Assembly: GCA_015228935.1 (NCBI GenBank)
Contig: JADGCO010000005.1
Location: 13,128 to 77,127 of the forward strand
Source of the DNA: Magnetococcales bacterium
GTDB taxonomy: Bacteria > Pseudomonadota > Magnetococcia > Magnetococcales > DC0425bin3
Reading direction: 5' to 3'
Length of the DNA: 64,000 nt
The notes below the pieces were generated by a model. That model did no database searches and had not been told where the DNA came from. It was given only the letters and a program-made list of their open reading frames with translations. This document shows positions 29,184 through 39,447 of the stretch, one piece after another (positions within the stretch are counted from its first letter, which is position 1; every line of letters starts with the position of its first letter). The position numbers and the translations under genes are program-made.

Positions 29184-31640
29184 ATGAGAGACAAACAAAT
29201 GATCCTGGTTGCCGATGACGATCCAGACATGCGGCTTTTGTATGACAAGCACCTCCATGACATGGGATACACGGTCGTCTTGATGTCCGATGGCGTGGAT
29301 GCCCTGGCCCTGTTCGACCTCCATCGCCCGGATCTGGTCATCCTGGATGCCGATATGCCACAAATGGATGGATTTTCGGCATGTATTGCCCTGCGTAAAC
29401 GACTGGGAGAAGAAACACTTCCCATTCTTGTGGTCACCGCCCTGGCGGATGATGCCTCTGTGGATCGTGCTTTTGCCGCAGGGGCGAACGATTATATTAC
29501 CAAACCGATTCATTGGGGTGTATTGCGCCATCGCCTGTATCTCGTTTTGCAAAACCTCAAAGACAAAACTGCACGCAAACTGGTCGAAGACAATCTGGAA
29601 CGTCTGGTATCCATACTGGAAGCGACCCATGACTTCGTGGGTATTGCCCATGCGGCAGATACCTCGGTTATTTACATGAATCCATTCGGACGGGAAATGG
29701 TTGGCATCGGGGATCATGACGACGTGACCCGGTTCAAGATCGCCGATTTCCATCCAGAATGGGCCAACAGGCTGCTCTGCAATGAGATTATTCCAGAAGC
29801 CATCCATAACGGCATATGGATGGGGGAGTGCGCCTTCCTGGACCGGAATGAATGTGAAATTCCAGTCCACATGGTGTTCCTGGCCCACAAAGGCCAAAAC
29901 GGACAGGTTGATCGATTTTCCACGATTTCAAGAAATATCACCAGGCAAAAACAGACTGAAAATGAATTGTCCAAGGCCAAAGAACTTGCTGAAAATGCCA
30001 ATCTGGCAAAAACCAATTTTCTCGCCACCATGAGCCACGAAATTCGAACTCCCATGAACGGCGTACTGGGAATGGCCGATCTGCTCAGAAGAACCTTCTT
30101 GACAGAACAACAACGTCACTACGTGGAAACAATCCATCGTTCCGGACGCACCCTGCTGCGTGTGATCAATGACATCCTGGACCTTTCAAAAATACACGCC
30201 GGTCAGATGCTTCTTGAATTAATACAGTTCGACCTCATCGAAATAATCCATGACATCAATGACCTGTTTGTGGTGTCGTCACAAAAGAATGGCATAGGAT
30301 ATGAATTCCTGGTCGGCGCGGATGTCCCCACCCATCTTCTGGGAGATCCTTATCGTCTGAGCCAAATTTTATTCAATCTGCTTGGTAATGCTTTCAAATT
30401 TACCGAGGCTGGATCAGTCAAAATGTTGGTCGATGTCGATGAGGAGTCCGCTTTTGATGTTTTGCTGCGCTTCCAGATCATCGACACCGGCATCGGCATC
30501 ACACCAAATTATAAGGAACATCTATTTGATACCTTCTCTCAAGAAAACTCCTCGATCTCACGCCGATTTGGCGGCAGCGGCATGGGACTGGCCATCACCC
30601 GGAACCTGGTCGGCATGATGCAGGGAACACTTGGGGTGAACAGCATTCCTGGGCAGGGATCCACCTTCTGGTTTACGGTCCGTTTTGGCAAGCTCCAGGC
30701 AGGAGACCGGCGGGATATCCTTGCCTGGCAAAATGCCCAAGTGAAGCCAATGCCCGGTCATATTCGTTTCCAGGGACATGTTCTGCTGGTGGAAGACGAC
30801 CTCGTCAACCAGGAGGTGGCAGTCGCCAATCTGGAATTGTTCGGATGCCAGGTGACGGTCGTCAACAACGGCCAGAAAGCCATTGCTGCGGTTCATGCCC
30901 AGACTCCCCCTTTTGATGCCATTTTCATGGACTGCGAGGTGCCTGTCCTGGATGGGTTGGAAACAACCATGCGACTTCGCCAAATGGAAAAACAATCCGA
31001 AGGGCAACATACACCCATCATTGCCATGACCGCCCACGTTCTGGAAGAGAACAAACAAAAGTGCAAAGATGCAGGCATGGACGACTATCTGCGAAAACCG
31101 TTCAGCCAGGCCAATCTGGGAACCATTCTCAGTCATTGGCTACCCCAGACAATCAACCATGCAACAACCAGGAACATTCCTTCGCACCCGGGCCTGAACC
31201 AGGATCTTTCCCCGGATTTTTCGTCCCCGACACCACCGTCTGATCATTCCGAATCACAAGCTCCCTTTCATGAATTCCCGGTGTTTGATCAAGAAACCCT
31301 GGATCGCATTCTGGAACTCTCCAGAAAAAGTGGCAACGGCCTGCTGAACAAGATCGTAAATAACTATTTGACACAAACATCGGAATTGTTGATTGAAATG
31401 GAACGTGCCCTGGAACAAAAAAATCATGAAAGAGTGCGAATAGCAGCGCACACCCTGAAATCCTCCAGCCTCACCATGGGCATGACACGCATGGTCACTC
31501 TGGGACGAATCATGGAAACAAATCATGCCAACCTGACCCTGGTGCAAGAACATTTTCTCCACGGAAATTCTATCTTTTCAGAAGCAAAACAGGCGTTGAA
31601 TAACTTGATTGCATCGCAACATGGGTTGACTCATCCATGA
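29184..31640 (+). CDS. hybrid histidine kinase (REC - PAS - HisKA - HATPase - REC - Hpt)
   Basis: N-terminal REC has ILDADMPQMDG. The H-box is [16 protein letters not shown]. The ATP-binding region has GGSGMGLAIT. The second REC has FMDCEVPVLDG. The C-terminal Hpt has AAHTLKSSSLTMG. Confidence 0.9.
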   Translation: MRDKQMILVADDDPDMRLLYDKHLHDMGYTVVLMSDGVDALALFDLHRPDLVILDADMPQMDGFSACIALRKRLGEETLPILVVTALADDASVDRAFAAGANDYITKPIHWGVLRHRLYLVLQNLKDKTARKLVEDNLERLVSILEATHDFVGIAHAADTSVIYMNPFGREMVGIGDHDDVTRFKIADFHPEWANRLLCNEIIPEAIHNGIWMGECAFLDRNECEIPVHMVFLAHKGQNGQVDRFSTISRNITRQKQTENELSKAKELAENANLAKTNFLATMSHEIRTPMNGVLGMADLLRRTFLTEQQRHYVETIHRSGRTLLRVINDILDLSKIHAGQMLLELIQFDLIEIIHDINDLFVVSSQKNGIGYEFLVGADVPTHLLGDPYRLSQILFNLLGNAFKFTEAGSVKMLVDVDEESAFDVLLRFQIIDTGIGITPNYKEHLFDTFSQENSSISRRFGGSGMGLAITRNLVGMMQGTLGVNSIPGQGSTFWFTVRFGKLQAGDRRDILAWQNAQVKPMPGHIRFQGHVLLVEDDLVNQEVAVANLELFGCQVTVVNNGQKAIAAVHAQTPPFDAIFMDCEVPVLDGLETTMRLRQMEKQSEGQHTPIIAMTAHVLEENKQKCKDAGMDDYLRKPFSQANLGTILSHWLPQTINHATTRNIPSHPGLNQDLSPDFSSPTPPSDHSESQAPFHEFPVFDQETLDRILELSRKSGNGLLNKIVNNYLTQTSELLIEMERALEQKNHERVRIAAHTLKSSSLTMGMTRMVTLGRIMETNHANLTLVQEHFLHGNSIFSEAKQALNNLIASQHGLTHP

Positions 31641-32677
31641 ATGATCCGATTCGTGAAATGGGAAACCCCCTGGTGCTGATTGTGGATGATGAATCGTTGC
31701 AACGCCTGCTCATGCGGGAAGCATTGAAGCAGGATGGTTTTCATGTCGCAGACGCAGAAAACGGAATCCAGGCCTGGAATCTGATGCAAAATCATTGTCC
31801 CGATATGGTGATTTCCGATGTGGTGATGCCGGAAATGGATGGTTTTGCCTTATGTGAATCCATTCGCCAACAAGAGAAAATGAAGTACCTGCCAGTTGTC
31901 ATGGTCACCAGTCTGGATGACCCGGCATCCATTGATCGTGGCTATCGAATGGGGGCCACTGATTTTATCACCAAACCCATCAACTGGAGTCTGTTGGGTC
32001 ACCGTGTGCGCCATATTTTACGGGCAGCTCGTACCGCCCAGGCCCTGGCAGAAAGAGAAATTGATCTGATACGCACACGCATGGAGATCATCCGGCGTCT
32101 GGGTCAGGCGGCGGAATATCGCGACAACGAGACCGGCCTCCATATCATGCGAATGAGTCGATATTCTGCTTTATTGGGACAAGCCCTTGGCCTCTCTTCC
32201 TTCGACCAGGATCTGTTGCTCAATGCCTCTCCCATGCATGATGTCGGCAAAATCGGCATTCCCGACAGCATCCTCTTGAAACCGGGAAAACTGTCCAACA
32301 ATGAGTTCGGCGTCATGAAACAGCACACCATCCTGGGGGCAAAACTCCTGGAAAATGATCCCGCTCTGCTGTTGCGCACGGCCCACATGATCGCCCTGAC
32401 CCATCACGAAAAATGGGACGGTCATGGATACCCGTATGGACTGTCAGGAAAGGATATTCCAGTCATGGGTCGTATCTGTAGTCTGGCCGATGTGTTCGAT
32501 GCCTTGACTTCCCATCGCCCTTACAAACAACCCTGGAGCGTGACAGATGCGGTCGCTGAAATCCGGAAATGCTCCGGCACGGCCTTCGACCCCGACATGG
32601 TTCGCGTATTCGTTGACATCATTCCCGAAATAGTGAGAATCAAAGATGCATTCTCCGATAAAAGTCCAATTGAGTGA
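31637..32677 (+). CDS. response regulator with HD-GYP domain (putative c-di-GMP phosphodiesterase)
   Basis: REC has ISDVVMPEMDG. The output domain has HDVGKIGIP and HHEKWDGHGYPYGL. An ATGA overlap links it to the upstream kinase. Confidence 0.9.
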   Translation: MNDPIREMGNPLVLIVDDESLQRLLMREALKQDGFHVADAENGIQAWNLMQNHCPDMVISDVVMPEMDGFALCESIRQQEKMKYLPVVMVTSLDDPASIDRGYRMGATDFITKPINWSLLGHRVRHILRAARTAQALAEREIDLIRTRMEIIRRLGQAAEYRDNETGLHIMRMSRYSALLGQALGLSSFDQDLLLNASPMHDVGKIGIPDSILLKPGKLSNNEFGVMKQHTILGAKLLENDPALLLRTAHMIALTHHEKWDGHGYPYGLSGKDIPVMGRICSLADVFDALTSHRPYKQPWSVTDAVAEIRKCSGTAFDPDMVRVFVDIIPEIVRIKDAFSDKSPIE

Positions 32678-32717
32678 AATATTCAGATCAAATCACAAAC
32701 CGTCTCATCAATCAGCC

Positions 32718-33839
32718 ATGATATCCATTCTGATTGTGGATGATGATCACGTAACACGTATTTTTCTGGAAGAATTGCTCCACCAGGAAGGGTATCAGGT
32801 GGTCCTGGCCACCAACGGCCAGGAAGCACTGGTTCGCCTGGATGAAACATGGTGCGATTTGATTTTCATGGACATCCAAATGCCGGTTATGGACGGATAT
32901 CAGGCTACGCAACTGATCAAAGCCATGGAACAACGAAAAGAATGGTTCATTCCAGTAATTTTTCTTACCTCGGTGCTAACCGATCAGGAACTGGCTCACT
33001 GTCTGGAATGCGGCGGCGATGATTTTCTCACCAAGCCCCCCAACCCCATCATTCTGAAAGCGCGACTCCACGCCTGGTTGCAGCGGGCCGATCTGGTCAA
33101 CAGATTGGCCATGAATCGGCTTGATTTGGAAAATGTAATCCTCAAGATGCGCCAGGACGATCAATTCGACCGACGTGGATTGCGTGTCTTGATGACTCCC
33201 TTGGAAAAAACCAACGGAGATATCGTACTCTCCGCCTGCCGATCTGATGGCGTGCAATATCTCGTGGTGGGAGACTTTACCGGACACGGCTTGGCAGCGG
33301 CCGTTTGTGGGCCCCTGGTGTCCGACATTTTCTATCGTCTGACGTTACAGAATGTTCCGCTGCACACAATCATTTCCAAGATCAACGCAACAATTTTTCG
33401 TAGATTGCCGGTCAATATGTTCATGGCTGCCGCCTTCCTGGAAATGGACCGGGCCAAAAGCATCATACGCATCTGGAATGCTGCCATGCCTGCGGTGATA
33501 CTCATCCGTTCCGGAGAAATCGTTTGCAAATTCCCCCCCACTCTTCCACCCCTGGGCATAGGACAGCATTCCATCCATAACGAATCCTGCGCAGAATATT
33601 CCCTGACAGACAGTGACCGGATTTACCTGTATTCTGATGGAATTGTTGAAACCCGTTCACCTGCATGTGAACTGTTCGGCGAAGAACGATTGGACCGTTT
33701 TTTAAAAGAAATCTTTCCCTCCTGGACAGATTTGCGAACCTTACTCAAGGTGCTTGAATCATTTCGCGCCGGACAGGAACAAACCGATGACATTACCTTG
33801 GTAGAAGCAAGACAGGACCAGGGATGGACAGAAACATGA
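32718..33839 (+). CDS. response regulator with PP2C/SpoIIE-type phosphatase domain
   Basis: REC has FMDIQMPVMDG. The PP2C region has VVGDFTGHGLAAAV, LYSDGIVE and DDITLVEA. Start chosen at the ATG at 32718. Confidence 0.85.
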   Translation: MISILIVDDDHVTRIFLEELLHQEGYQVVLATNGQEALVRLDETWCDLIFMDIQMPVMDGYQATQLIKAMEQRKEWFIPVIFLTSVLTDQELAHCLECGGDDFLTKPPNPIILKARLHAWLQRADLVNRLAMNRLDLENVILKMRQDDQFDRRGLRVLMTPLEKTNGDIVLSACRSDGVQYLVVGDFTGHGLAAAVCGPLVSDIFYRLTLQNVPLHTIISKINATIFRRLPVNMFMAAAFLEMDRAKSIIRIWNAAMPAVILIRSGEIVCKFPPTLPPLGIGQHSIHNESCAEYSLTDSDRIYLYSDGIVETRSPACELFGEERLDRFLKEIFPSWTDLRTLLKVLESFRAGQEQTDDITLVEARQDQGWTET

Positions 33840-33996
33840 TCATCCAGTCTTTCAAATATGTTTCAGGAAGTTCCAGATACCGATATCACAAACATCCGTT
33901 TGAATATCCATACAAATTTCACTGAAATTCAAGGTTATGCGTCGTGACCGTGGCGGGGATTTCGTAGTTTATACCAGACTGTATTCAAAATAAAAG

Positions 33997-34152
33997 GTGA
34001 ATATTCATCCCCCCATTAAAAAACGTTTGAAAAACCGGGATGAAAGTCCAGGAGGAAGCGGCTCTGCCCTTCCTCCTGGCTGGGTTTGGAGTGGATCCCC
34101 AACCCATCTTTAACATGCTTTGGCCATTTTTGGCAGGTTTTGGCGGGGTTGC
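33997..34152 (-). mobile_element. MITE-like element copy (156 bp, inverted orientation)
   Basis: The plus strand begins GTGAATATTCATCCCCCC, which is the right TIR in reverse orientation, and ends GGTTGC. The hairpin is CCAGGAGGAAG-(10 nt)-CTTCCTCCTGG at 34048..34079. Confidence 0.7.
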
Positions 34153-35015
34153 ATACTCCAACCTGTTGATTTGTTTGTATTGCATTTTTTTACTTCGTTT
34201 TGTAGTGCCATAATCTTTTCATGAAGCATTGACACCGTCGGCTTTTGTCATATCCAGGCGGGTATGTACATTCACCGCACACAAACTCGCAACACGGCCA
34301 CGGGTGAATCCTATTTCACTCACCGCTTGGTACGCTCTGAACGTTCAGGCACCAAAGTCAGACAGGTGACCCTCCTGAATCTTGGTCGTCATTTCAGAAT
34401 CGGCCAAGATCAGTAGCCAATGCTGTGAGCGTTACAAATCTGTGGAGCAAACATTTTGCCTCATCATCTCTGCCATGATTGACTGTTTGTGTAAAGTTTC
34501 TCAGATCAAGAACACAAAAAACACAGTCTTCAACAGAATCAAAGGCTTTAATTTTCAGATCACCATTGTTGCCAATCAAGTCATCCTTCCCCGGATTTGT
34601 CCCCAACCCGAAATTGCCCAGCCCAAGTAATATTCTTTCAATTCTTCCTGCTGGATAATTTCCCGGATAGGGATAAAGAACTTCTTATCCCGTCGCGCAT
34701 GATGTACCTGTCATCAGGCCAATCACGTCATCTGCGTCCGTGACATCCCCCCCTGCCTTCTTGACACCATCCATCCATTTGTCCAAATCTGACATTGACA
34801 AGTTCTCCTGATGATAATAAAGCATAAACTTACATACTGCTCAACAATTCAGATTATGTTATTAAACCCTTATAAATCCATGTCAATCATGATTTTCAAA
34901 AAAGCTTGTTTTTTTGCGGAAACAGACTAACAAATTGAAAAAGAATAACTTTTTTTATCCATGAACCTGTACAGCCGAGCCTGCTGAGATTACTGGCACT
35001 CTGTTTCAGGCAACG

Positions 35016-35047
35016 CCAGGAGGAGACGACCAACCGTCTCCTCCTGG
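35016..35047. repeat. solitary 13-bp-stem hairpin related to the MITE core
   Basis: CCAGGAGGAGACG-accaac-CGTCTCCTCCTGG, located ~70 nt downstream of the patatin-like gene stop. Confidence 0.8.
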
Positions 35048-35116
35048 TTTCCTGTTCAAAAACTTCGTACATTGCAACGAAATCTTTCAGAGCTGCAGAG
35101 TGAAAACATCGACCTT

Positions 35117-36310
35117 TCAACCCAGATGTGTTCTGGTATGGATATGTCCGCCCTGGCAGTGGTGGACACAGGCTCCTTGCAGAGCGGTCTTTTTTCTGCT
35201 GATCCAGGGAGAACCTTGGATGGCATGCAGCATGTCGGTATAGCCGGCGTCACAGCGATTTTTGACGGAAATCCGGGAAAACTCGTGCCCGGCTTCCGGG
35301 GGAATTCCCGGACCTGGTTGATATGAAACATGAATGATGTCCAGGTCATGAATCTGGTCCGGCTCACTCCCCGTTCCCATTCTTGTTCCTGGGACATCGC
35401 CGAAGATTTGTCTGAATTCTGCTTGGTGTGCCTGGGGTGCCTGGCGCAACAACTCCACAAGCATGCGCCGGGAGTTCCAACGCCGGGTTGTATTGCGGAT
35501 CTCCCTCTGAACCCGGGACGCATACCGAATCTGCGCCTCCCGAAACATCACATCATCCATCGTTTTCAATTCCGGACCCGTGGCCGAAAAAAGATCCACC
35601 ATGAATATCAGCAGGGAACCATTGACCGGGTTATCCAGAAACGTTTGCAAGGGCGTATTGGAGGCTACACCGCCATCCCAATACTGCTCCCCATCGATCA
35701 CCACAGGAGCGAATCCGGGTGGCAAGGCGCCACTGGCCAAGGTATGTTCCGGAGTCAGCTTTCTCTCCCGGTTGTCGAAAAATTTCAGTTCCCCTGTTGT
35801 CACCTTTGTCACTCCCAGGGACAAACGGGGCGCATGTTTGGAATTGATGTAGTCAAAATCCGCCAGTTCCAGGAGGGTTTGCCGCAGGGGGGAAGCATCC
35901 GCATAACTCAATGCATCGGGAGTTCCCGGGGGTGAAATCTGCGGTATGGGCGGTATCCGTGGAGAGAAAAAATGTGGCTGCCCGGTCAGTTGGGTTTGCA
36001 ATCCGCTCATTTTGATGAAGACCGTCGGGGAAAGATTGTACAACCACGCATCCCACCACGCACTGGGCCTGGTCACAATCTCCCAGAATTTTTCCAGTTG
36101 TTGCAGACGTTTATCTGGCGGATTGCCGGCCAGGATGGTGGCACCGACCGCACCGATGGAAATACCGGAGATCCATTCCGGCTCGAATCCCTTTTCGGTC
36201 ATGGCCCGATAACACCCCAATTGATAGGGTCCAAAAGCCGCCCCACCCTGTAGTGCCAATGCAACGTGCGGTTTGCCACCGCCATTCTGCCCCGATTTAT
36301 GCCCTGTCAT
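35117..36310 (-). CDS. patatin-like phospholipase family protein
   Basis: Oxyanion region is LALQGGAAFGPYQLG. The nucleophile elbow is GISIGA (GxSxG). The catalytic Asp motif is YWDGGVASNTP. Start taken at the ATG at 36310, which has a GGAGG ribosome-binding site. The ORF maximum uses a TTG at 36379. Confidence 0.8.
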   Translation of the reverse strand: MTGHKSGQNGGGKPHVALALQGGAAFGPYQLGCYRAMTEKGFEPEWISGISIGAVGATILAGNPPDKRLQQLEKFWEIVTRPSAWWDAWLYNLSPTVFIKMSGLQTQLTGQPHFFSPRIPPIPQISPPGTPDALSYADASPLRQTLLELADFDYINSKHAPRLSLGVTKVTTGELKFFDNRERKLTPEHTLASGALPPGFAPVVIDGEQYWDGGVASNTPLQTFLDNPVNGSLLIFMVDLFSATGPELKTMDDVMFREAQIRYASRVQREIRNTTRRWNSRRMLVELLRQAPQAHQAEFRQIFGDVPGTRMGTGSEPDQIHDLDIIHVSYQPGPGIPPEAGHEFSRISVKNRCDAGYTDMLHAIQGSPWISRKKTALQGACVHHCQGGHIHTRTHLG

Positions 36311-36602
36311 GGGAACCCCTCCAGTTGCTTTGACTCCGTTCAGCCGATCCAAACGGAAGCGTGACAGGAGGTTACTCAACTATATTCTTAATTTCCAGGA
36401 TTTTTGCGCCGGGAACGCCAGGATTTATGATAATTATTGAAAAATCTCAATCAATACAAAGCCTGTATTCCATATATTAAAATATATTAATTATCAGACA
36501 ATCTCCTGTTCCAGACCGAACCCGAATATTCAGACAACCTCTTGTTCCTGTTCCAGACCAGACACGATCAAACACGACCATGCCAGATTCAAAACGCAGC
36601 AA

Positions 36603-37655
36603 TCATTCGCGATGAAAATGCAGGTGGGCTGTAATCTCTTCCCGATCATGGTAGAGTTGTTTGCAACGCAGATCGTGGGCCAACCCTGCCTGTTCCAGGG
36701 CACCGTGAATCATGTCCTGACAGTGTTGCAGGGCCGCAAAACGTTTTTTCATGGGCAGCTTCAGGTTGAAGATGGTTTCGCGGCACCAGCGCTGCCTGCC
36801 CCAGAGTATGACGAGTTCGGCCACGCGGGTGGGTTTGTCCACGATATCGCACACCATCCAGGCCACCGGTTTGGGTGGCACAAACCGCCAGGCATCGGTG
36901 CGCACATGCCGCACCTGACCTCCCGCCAGCAACCCGGCAGCCAGATTGGCATTGTCCACAGCCGTCACCCGCAATCCCTGCCGCAGCAAATACCAGCTCC
37001 AGCCACCCGGGGCCGCTCCCAGGTCCACGGCAAGCAATCCGGGACGTAACCGTTTTTGACGATCCTGGGGCGTCAAAAAATGGCCCATGGCCTCTTCCAG
37101 TTTGAGTGCCGCCCGACTGGGTGCCTCCCGCTGCATTTTCAGGCGCGGAATTCCCATGTGAAAAACAGACCCATTGGTACTCGGCGTGAGGCCGACATGC
37201 ACCGTGGCCGTATCCAAAAAAAAGAGATGCAACTGCCAGGATGCGCCGGGATCCAGCAAACCCTCGGCCTGCAACCGTTTGTCCAGAAAACGGGTCAAAC
37301 TTTGGCACAAAGGCGAAAGAACCCTGCCGGAGTTGGTATCAGGGGTTTCCACCCACACCTTGCCTACCGCCACACCCAAAGCCGTCACCCTGGCCATGAT
37401 GGGTCCGACCCGATCCGTGGCTGGCAATCCGGTCAGGGCCGGCCCCGTCACCAGCCATTGCCGGACAAAGACCATATCCCGGAAATTCAGACGGGCCAGT
37501 ACCTCGACCGGTTTCTCTCCAACCGGGAAAAAAGTGACAAACCCCTCTCCGGTTGCCACCTTCCCCGGTATCCCTGAAGATCCAGCCATGGCCATGATCT
37601 CATCTGCACAGCTTGCCTCAAATCCGGCCCGACAATAAAGAATCAACCGGTCCAT
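36603..37655 (-). CDS. rlmM: 23S rRNA (cytidine2498-2'-O)-methyltransferase RlmM
   Basis: N-terminus MDRLILYCRAGFEASCADEI fits a THUMP-like RlmM N-terminus. The SAM-binding region is AVDLGAAPGGWS. Length 350 aa. Confidence 0.75.
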   Translation of the reverse strand: MDRLILYCRAGFEASCADEIMAMAGSSGIPGKVATGEGFVTFFPVGEKPVEVLARLNFRDMVFVRQWLVTGPALTGLPATDRVGPIMARVTALGVAVGKVWVETPDTNSGRVLSPLCQSLTRFLDKRLQAEGLLDPGASWQLHLFFLDTATVHVGLTPSTNGSVFHMGIPRLKMQREAPSRAALKLEEAMGHFLTPQDRQKRLRPGLLAVDLGAAPGGWSWYLLRQGLRVTAVDNANLAAGLLAGGQVRHVRTDAWRFVPPKPVAWMVCDIVDKPTRVAELVILWGRQRWCRETIFNLKLPMKKRFAALQHCQDMIHGALEQAGLAHDLRCKQLYHDREEITAHLHFHRE

Positions 37656-37949
37656 GGAAAACCTTCCCTTCCCGCAAAAATCCCGCCTTCACCTGCCACA
37701 ATGGCTGACTCCATGCACCGGGAAATCTGCAAAGATTTATCGGAAGAGTCCTCCCCGGCCCCGGTGGGTAACACAGGCCTGATCCGTCTGCACGGAAAAA
37801 AAGAGTGGCGATCAGGTCAGGAAAGGGCTACCACTTCCAGGTCAATTTCAGCTACCATGACCCGGAGATATTGGCGGGACTTTATTTTGATGGATTTTGA
37901 CGGCAGAGTTTGGAATCTACCCCAGCCACGCACGGAGCATTCGGCCACC

Positions 37950-39443
37950 ATGGACGGCAACCCGACATTGCCATTCGGAAAACACAAGGCAGACTGGATT
38001 TTTCTGGTTTTTCTGCTTTTGACGGTCTGTTACCAGACGCTTGCCTTCAATTTCGTACATCACGTCTATCCCCGTTTTGGATATCCTGTCGAAGATATTT
38101 TTGTTGGTCTTTCCCGAAATCTGTATGAGCGTGGTGTTTTTGCCGATAATTTCCGCAGCATGTACGAACAATCCATTTTTTCTGAAAACGACTTGTCAAA
38201 CAAATCCGCACCTGACCCGGCATCTGATAAAAAAATTCAATATAACACCTGGCGCACACCCTCCTATCCAATCTATGTCAGTGGCATCTACACCCTGTTT
38301 GGTGACCAGGAAATCAATGCCATCATATTCAATAATGGAATTTTATTTTTGTCGGTTATCCTGACCTTTTTCATGGGACGTCTCATCCATCCGGTGGCAG
38401 GTTTGCTGGTGGCCATGCTGACAATGGCCGATCCGATCTATATTCAAACCTCGAACACTTTTTTGGCGGACGAGGCATTCCACTTTCACATCGTGTTGTT
38501 TCTCCTGGCAGCCATCTGGATGTTCAAACATGGCGTAACCACGGGACGGGTTGCCTTGTGTGCTGTTTTTCTCGTCCTGCAAGAATATGTGCGGCCCTCC
38601 GGCATGTATCTCTGGATCGTCTTTTGCCTCTCCCTGATTTTTCACCTCTGGAATCAAGTCCCCAGACTCCAGATAGCCAAACTGGTCCTGCTGTTTCTGG
38701 CCATTCATTTTGCAGGTATTGGCATCTGGACCCTGCGCAACGTCATGGTGGGGGGCAGTGCCGATTTTGTAGGCATGCAAGGCTCCCACCTGGTTCGCTT
38801 CCATATGCCCCTGGTGATTGCGGAGCGGGATGGCATCAGTGAAAGCCAGGCCGGGGAAAAATTGTTCGCACCGCTCAATTCCCGGTTGGCACACATGAAA
38901 ACCACCCGCGAACGGGACGACTATCTGGGTCAGGTCGGACGCGAAATGATCCTGGAAAACTACCGCTTCTCTCTGCTGGTCATGATCAAAACAATGTTGC
39001 CGCGCCTCTTTTTTTCTCCACCGCCCGAACATCCGCCGGTTTTCACCGCCCTGGATCATTATCAGAAACTTCAGGATTATCTCCTCGCCCAGGAGGATGT
39101 CACCAGTCGCATGGAGCGCAACCGGAACGTCATCGCCTATCTTTTCCAGCATAAACACTGGGTTGTCCTGTATCAATTGTTCATGGCCAAGCTGGTCAAC
39201 CCCCTGCTGATCCTCTGTGCCTTGCTGGGATTTTGGCACATGATTCGCGGTACCGAACATAATTTTCGAACCATTGGCTGGTTTCTTTTTCTCTTCTGGG
39301 GGCAAATGACTCTCCTGCACCTGATCTATGCCCTGGCCCGCTACCGCATGCCCATCATGCCGGCGGTGTATCTTCTGGCCGTCTTTTTTGTGATCCAGAC
39401 AGCCCAAAAATGGCGTAAAAACAAAATGAGCCACCACCCCTGA
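37950..39443 (+). CDS. polytopic membrane protein, GT-C (ArnT/PMT_2)-like glycosyltransferase candidate
   Basis: About 10-12 hydrophobic segments. WRTPSYPIYVSGIY resembles the RPPLYP loop of PMT_2-type GT-C enzymes. The start is uncertain: the ORF opens at 37701 and 37950 (MDGNPTLPF) precedes the first transmembrane segment. Confidence 0.45.
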   Translation: MDGNPTLPFGKHKADWIFLVFLLLTVCYQTLAFNFVHHVYPRFGYPVEDIFVGLSRNLYERGVFADNFRSMYEQSIFSENDLSNKSAPDPASDKKIQYNTWRTPSYPIYVSGIYTLFGDQEINAIIFNNGILFLSVILTFFMGRLIHPVAGLLVAMLTMADPIYIQTSNTFLADEAFHFHIVLFLLAAIWMFKHGVTTGRVALCAVFLVLQEYVRPSGMYLWIVFCLSLIFHLWNQVPRLQIAKLVLLFLAIHFAGIGIWTLRNVMVGGSADFVGMQGSHLVRFHMPLVIAERDGISESQAGEKLFAPLNSRLAHMKTTRERDDYLGQVGREMILENYRFSLLVMIKTMLPRLFFSPPPEHPPVFTALDHYQKLQDYLLAQEDVTSRMERNRNVIAYLFQHKHWVVLYQLFMAKLVNPLLILCALLGFWHMIRGTEHNFRTIGWFLFLFWGQMTLLHLIYALARYRMPIMPAVYLLAVFFVIQTAQKWRKNKMSHHP

Positions 39444-39447
39444 CACT

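Noticed and set aside
35117-36310. Patatin-like lipase as a CBASS/CapV-type defence effector
   Set aside because: No cyclic-oligonucleotide cyclase, and no E1/E2/JAB or other CBASS accessory gene, lies on either side. The neighbours are rlmM and a decayed spacer. The size and C-terminal region look like the common stand-alone patatin family.
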